Below the pieces are notes generated by a model. That model saw only the letters and a list, made by a program, of their open reading frames with translations. It did no database searches and had not been told where the DNA came from. DNA of 62,924 nucleotides, filler included, from Asterionella formosa (lineage: Eukaryota), in assembly GCA_002256025.1 (NCBI GenBank). It is 16 parts of 16 records of this genome, joined end to end, with 100 filler letters (N's around TTAATTAATTAA, not from the genome) between each part and the next. Parts side by side here need not be neighbours in the genome. Positions count along the whole stretch, not along the records: positions 59,722 to 60,722 come from NKIB01005095.1; positions 60,823 to 61,823 come from NKIB01005096.1; positions 61,924 to 62,924 come from NKIB01005097.1; 13 more parts are not named here. One strand, written 5' to 3'. Below, in pieces: positions 60,277-62,924 of this stretch. The position numbers were made by a program, and so were the translations under genes. Within the stretch, counting starts at the first letter, position 1. Each line of letters begins with the position of its first letter.

Positions 60277-60483
60277 ACTGTAAGCCACCGCTATTTTACT
60301 CTATCTTTCGACTAAAAATATTTATGTAATTCAACGATCAAAACTTGACGTAAGTACAAAGCTTATGTTAGACAATGCTCTCTGCTATACTATTAAGGAA
60401 TCAGTTTTGATTCAGTGTATCTAGCCATGAAGAAATAATTTTTCCAAAGTCACTAAGATTATTGCATAGCGGTGGCTTACAGT
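60277..60483. mobile_element. 207-bp MITE-like element with perfect 18-bp TIRs
   Basis: ACTGTAAGCCACCGCTAT (60277-60294) and its reverse complement ATAGCGGTGGCTTACAGT (60466-60483); right end reads CAGTG; no TSD seen. Confidence 0.75.
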
Positions 60484-62924
60484 GCATATTTTTCTATCTG
60501 TACATGGATATATTTTACCCCCAAACCGTGTTTATTTTTACTCCGTTAATACTACAAAAATTATTTTCTTATTACTTTACGTTTTACACTTTTGCAGGGG
60601 CAGCATCATCGTTGGAGAATTCTTCTGATGCATTACATTAATCTCGAGCTTCTTTGCATCTAATTACTTGCTTGCGGAGTCTCAAACTTCATCACGGAAT
60701 GGTGGATCGGCAGTAGCAGTTGNNNNNNNNNNNNNNNNNNNNNNNNNNNNNNNNNNNNNNNNNNNNTTAATTAATTAANNNNNNNNNNNNNNNNNNNNNN
60801 NNNNNNNNNNNNNNNNNNNNNNCGCCATTATTGCGTCTAGCCGGGGACGAGACGAAGGAACTCGAGGCGAGAAGGCCCGGGCTGACTTCCAGGTTGCAAC
60901 CGACAGGAGAATTGAAATTCTTCGCAGTTGCATTGACAAGACTTGCTTAGAATCAGGAATTGGCTAGAAGCAATGATATATTTGGTGCTTTGGGTTTGGA
61001 TTCCCATCATCTCTATAGTCTTCTGTGTCGTCTCGCAAATATCATGATGGAATACGGTAACAATAATCCGCGAAACTCCGCACATCCGCACATCCGCACT
61101 TCCTCGCTACGAGGATACACTTGTGCACAGCAACGAGGAGGAAGCAAAACGGACGGTACCAGCTACCCTGCTACCAAGGTACTGACCATGACTACATCCG
61201 ATAAATCCTGCGACCTGAACCATATACATACTTGTTTAGTTAAATATACATATATATTTATACCCGTCTGTGTATGCATTCTTTTTCTTGTTCGAAGCGA
61301 ACGGATTCCCAACAGATTTCATGATCAAGGGAACGGATGCGTTCTAACGGTGACTTTTATAAATGTATGCCGTTATGGATGTGTGTATATTTCAGCAATT
61401 TTTTAAATTGCATGCAAGAATCGATGGGACATGGTCATGAAAGCGGAACCGACTTCCGTTTCAATATGCGTTCTCGTGATGTTTCTATCTATTGGGTTAT
61501 TTAGAGTCATACTTATTTTGAGCAATATATTTTTGGGTTGTCGCGTATGTTTATTGCCTAGTAACAATTTCACCTCGACTACCGGTAGGTAATATCCTGA
61601 AATCCTTCATGCCGGTCGCACGAGCTGGCTGGCTGTGGTTCCCTCAGTTGTGTATGTAAACGAATGTATATAAAAATATATGTGTGATCCTATGCAAATG
61701 TGCTCAATTTAAAATACGGCCGGCATTGAAATCTGACTTAGTTGGTGCTGGATGTTGTGTGTTGTACTACACATGTTTTCGAGCTTGCTCTTTCTGGCAA
61801 GAGCAACGTTGTGAATAGAATGCNNNNNNNNNNNNNNNNNNNNNNNNNNNNNNNNNNNNNNNNNNNNTTAATTAATTAANNNNNNNNNNNNNNNNNNNNN
61901 NNNNNNNNNNNNNNNNNNNNNNNCACCCAGATGGCTCAGAGAAAACGACCTTGTCATTGTGACGATTACTGGTGCAGCAAGTACAGCGAAGGCTAGAGCG
62001 ATGCTCCCCACTTCTGCTCCTGCCATTACTGTCATGGTCTATCGAAGAAGTTACTCAGAGTTGCAAAGACAACGATGATGGCGAAATAGTGTTGTGTACT
62101 CCCTGTAAATGAGTTGATGATAGTCGATGGAGTTGCGATAATTTTGCTGAAGTTAAAGATCTAGCTTTCTTTATCTCAGATTAAAATGTTAGTTAAAGCA
62201 AAATGATCGCAACTTGCAGGTACCATGGTACTTCGAGTACCGGTACCAGGTACCTGGTACCAGGGTACCGGTACTACACCTATTTCTCCGTACTATACTA
62301 CACACTGCGGAAAAAATGGCGCGCTCCCACGAATGATCCAATTGGTCGGAGTTGGAAACCATCACTCTACCAGGTACTCGTCGTAAAGAAGTGTTTCTCC
62401 GTTTGAAAGAAAAATAATTAATATATATATATTTATACACATATTTAGAGCATGAAACGTTTTTCACCCTTAACTGTGTAAATATGTACCTACTCCGTAA
62501 AACCGGTACCTGGTAGTATAGCTTAGAGGGATTGGATGATTCGAAACCGACAATTTCGAAGACTTTCTATACATAGAGGTGTCAGAATGTGTCGGTTAGG
62601 CTGTTGATGTCGAAACGATCGGCACGGCAAGAAGAAAGATCTTGACCGGTCATTCCAAGGCACGACTATTATGTAAAGCACATGATCCAACCGTAAAATG
62701 AACATAGCTACCAGTAGGAGCGAATACAGTGAGTCCGTGGACAGCCAGCTTGTCCAATTCTTTCCAGCAAAGCAAATAACCGCATGTGGTTGCAGTTCGT
62801 ACCGGTATGTAATATACCGGTATTATAGTTCGTACGTATCATGCTGGTCTAGATATATTCTATTATGTACCTCTTCTCTCACTTCGATACCCTCCATGCT
62901 TGATGAATCAAATGAAGGCATTCC

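Noticed and set aside
16186..61879. Regularly spaced identical TTAATTAATTAA units as a CRISPR-like or biological repeat array
   Set aside because: Each is embedded in exactly 44+44 Ns and encodes six-frame stops: an assembly spacer
61924..62035. Possible 5' end of a minus-strand gene (MTVMAGAEVGSIALAFAVLAAPVIV)
   Set aside because: Only ~37 codons before the contig edge and the opposite strand is also open; not enough evidence
1..62924. tRNA, rRNA or prokaryotic defence/operon systems
   Set aside because: No cloverleaf, rRNA-like segment, cas gene or operon structure recognised by eye; a covariance scan was not possible

Overview
Eukaryotic nuclear DNA, almost certainly a diatom: short GT-AG introns, signal-peptide + ASAF-like plastid targeting, single-domain EukCatA-type channels, and Copia and Crypton transposons. 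It is not one locus. Fifteen artificial N44-TTAATTAATTAA-N44 spacers join three ~16.1-kb scaffolds (1-16141, 16242-32372, 39085-55217) and thirteen 1001-1002-bp contigs, so synteny holds only within a block. Scaffold 1 has a head-to-head pair of single-domain voltage-gated channels with different selectivity filters (TLDDFST vs TLDWSS), a degenerate membrane-anchored metallophosphoesterase, a plastid mTERF with an internal duplication and hypothetical genes. Scaffold 2 is gene-dense: a secretory aldo-keto-reductase-like protein lacking the catalytic Tyr and fused to a VHL-beta-like domain, a fusion of a degenerate ppGalNAc-T (GT27) to a core-1 galactosyltransferase (GT31), DVR, ATG4, an F-box/ankyrin protein, NMD3, an amino-acid transporter and a Copia gag. 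Scaffold 3 is a transposon nest (decayed Copia interrupted by a 4.2-kb TIR element, plus a decayed Crypton). The small contigs hold TE fragments, a GT32 pseudogene and a Ni/Co transporter. The best candidates for something new are the channel pair and the GT27-GT31 fusion with its AKR-VHL neighbour. All family calls are from motif recognition by eye; no searches were run.
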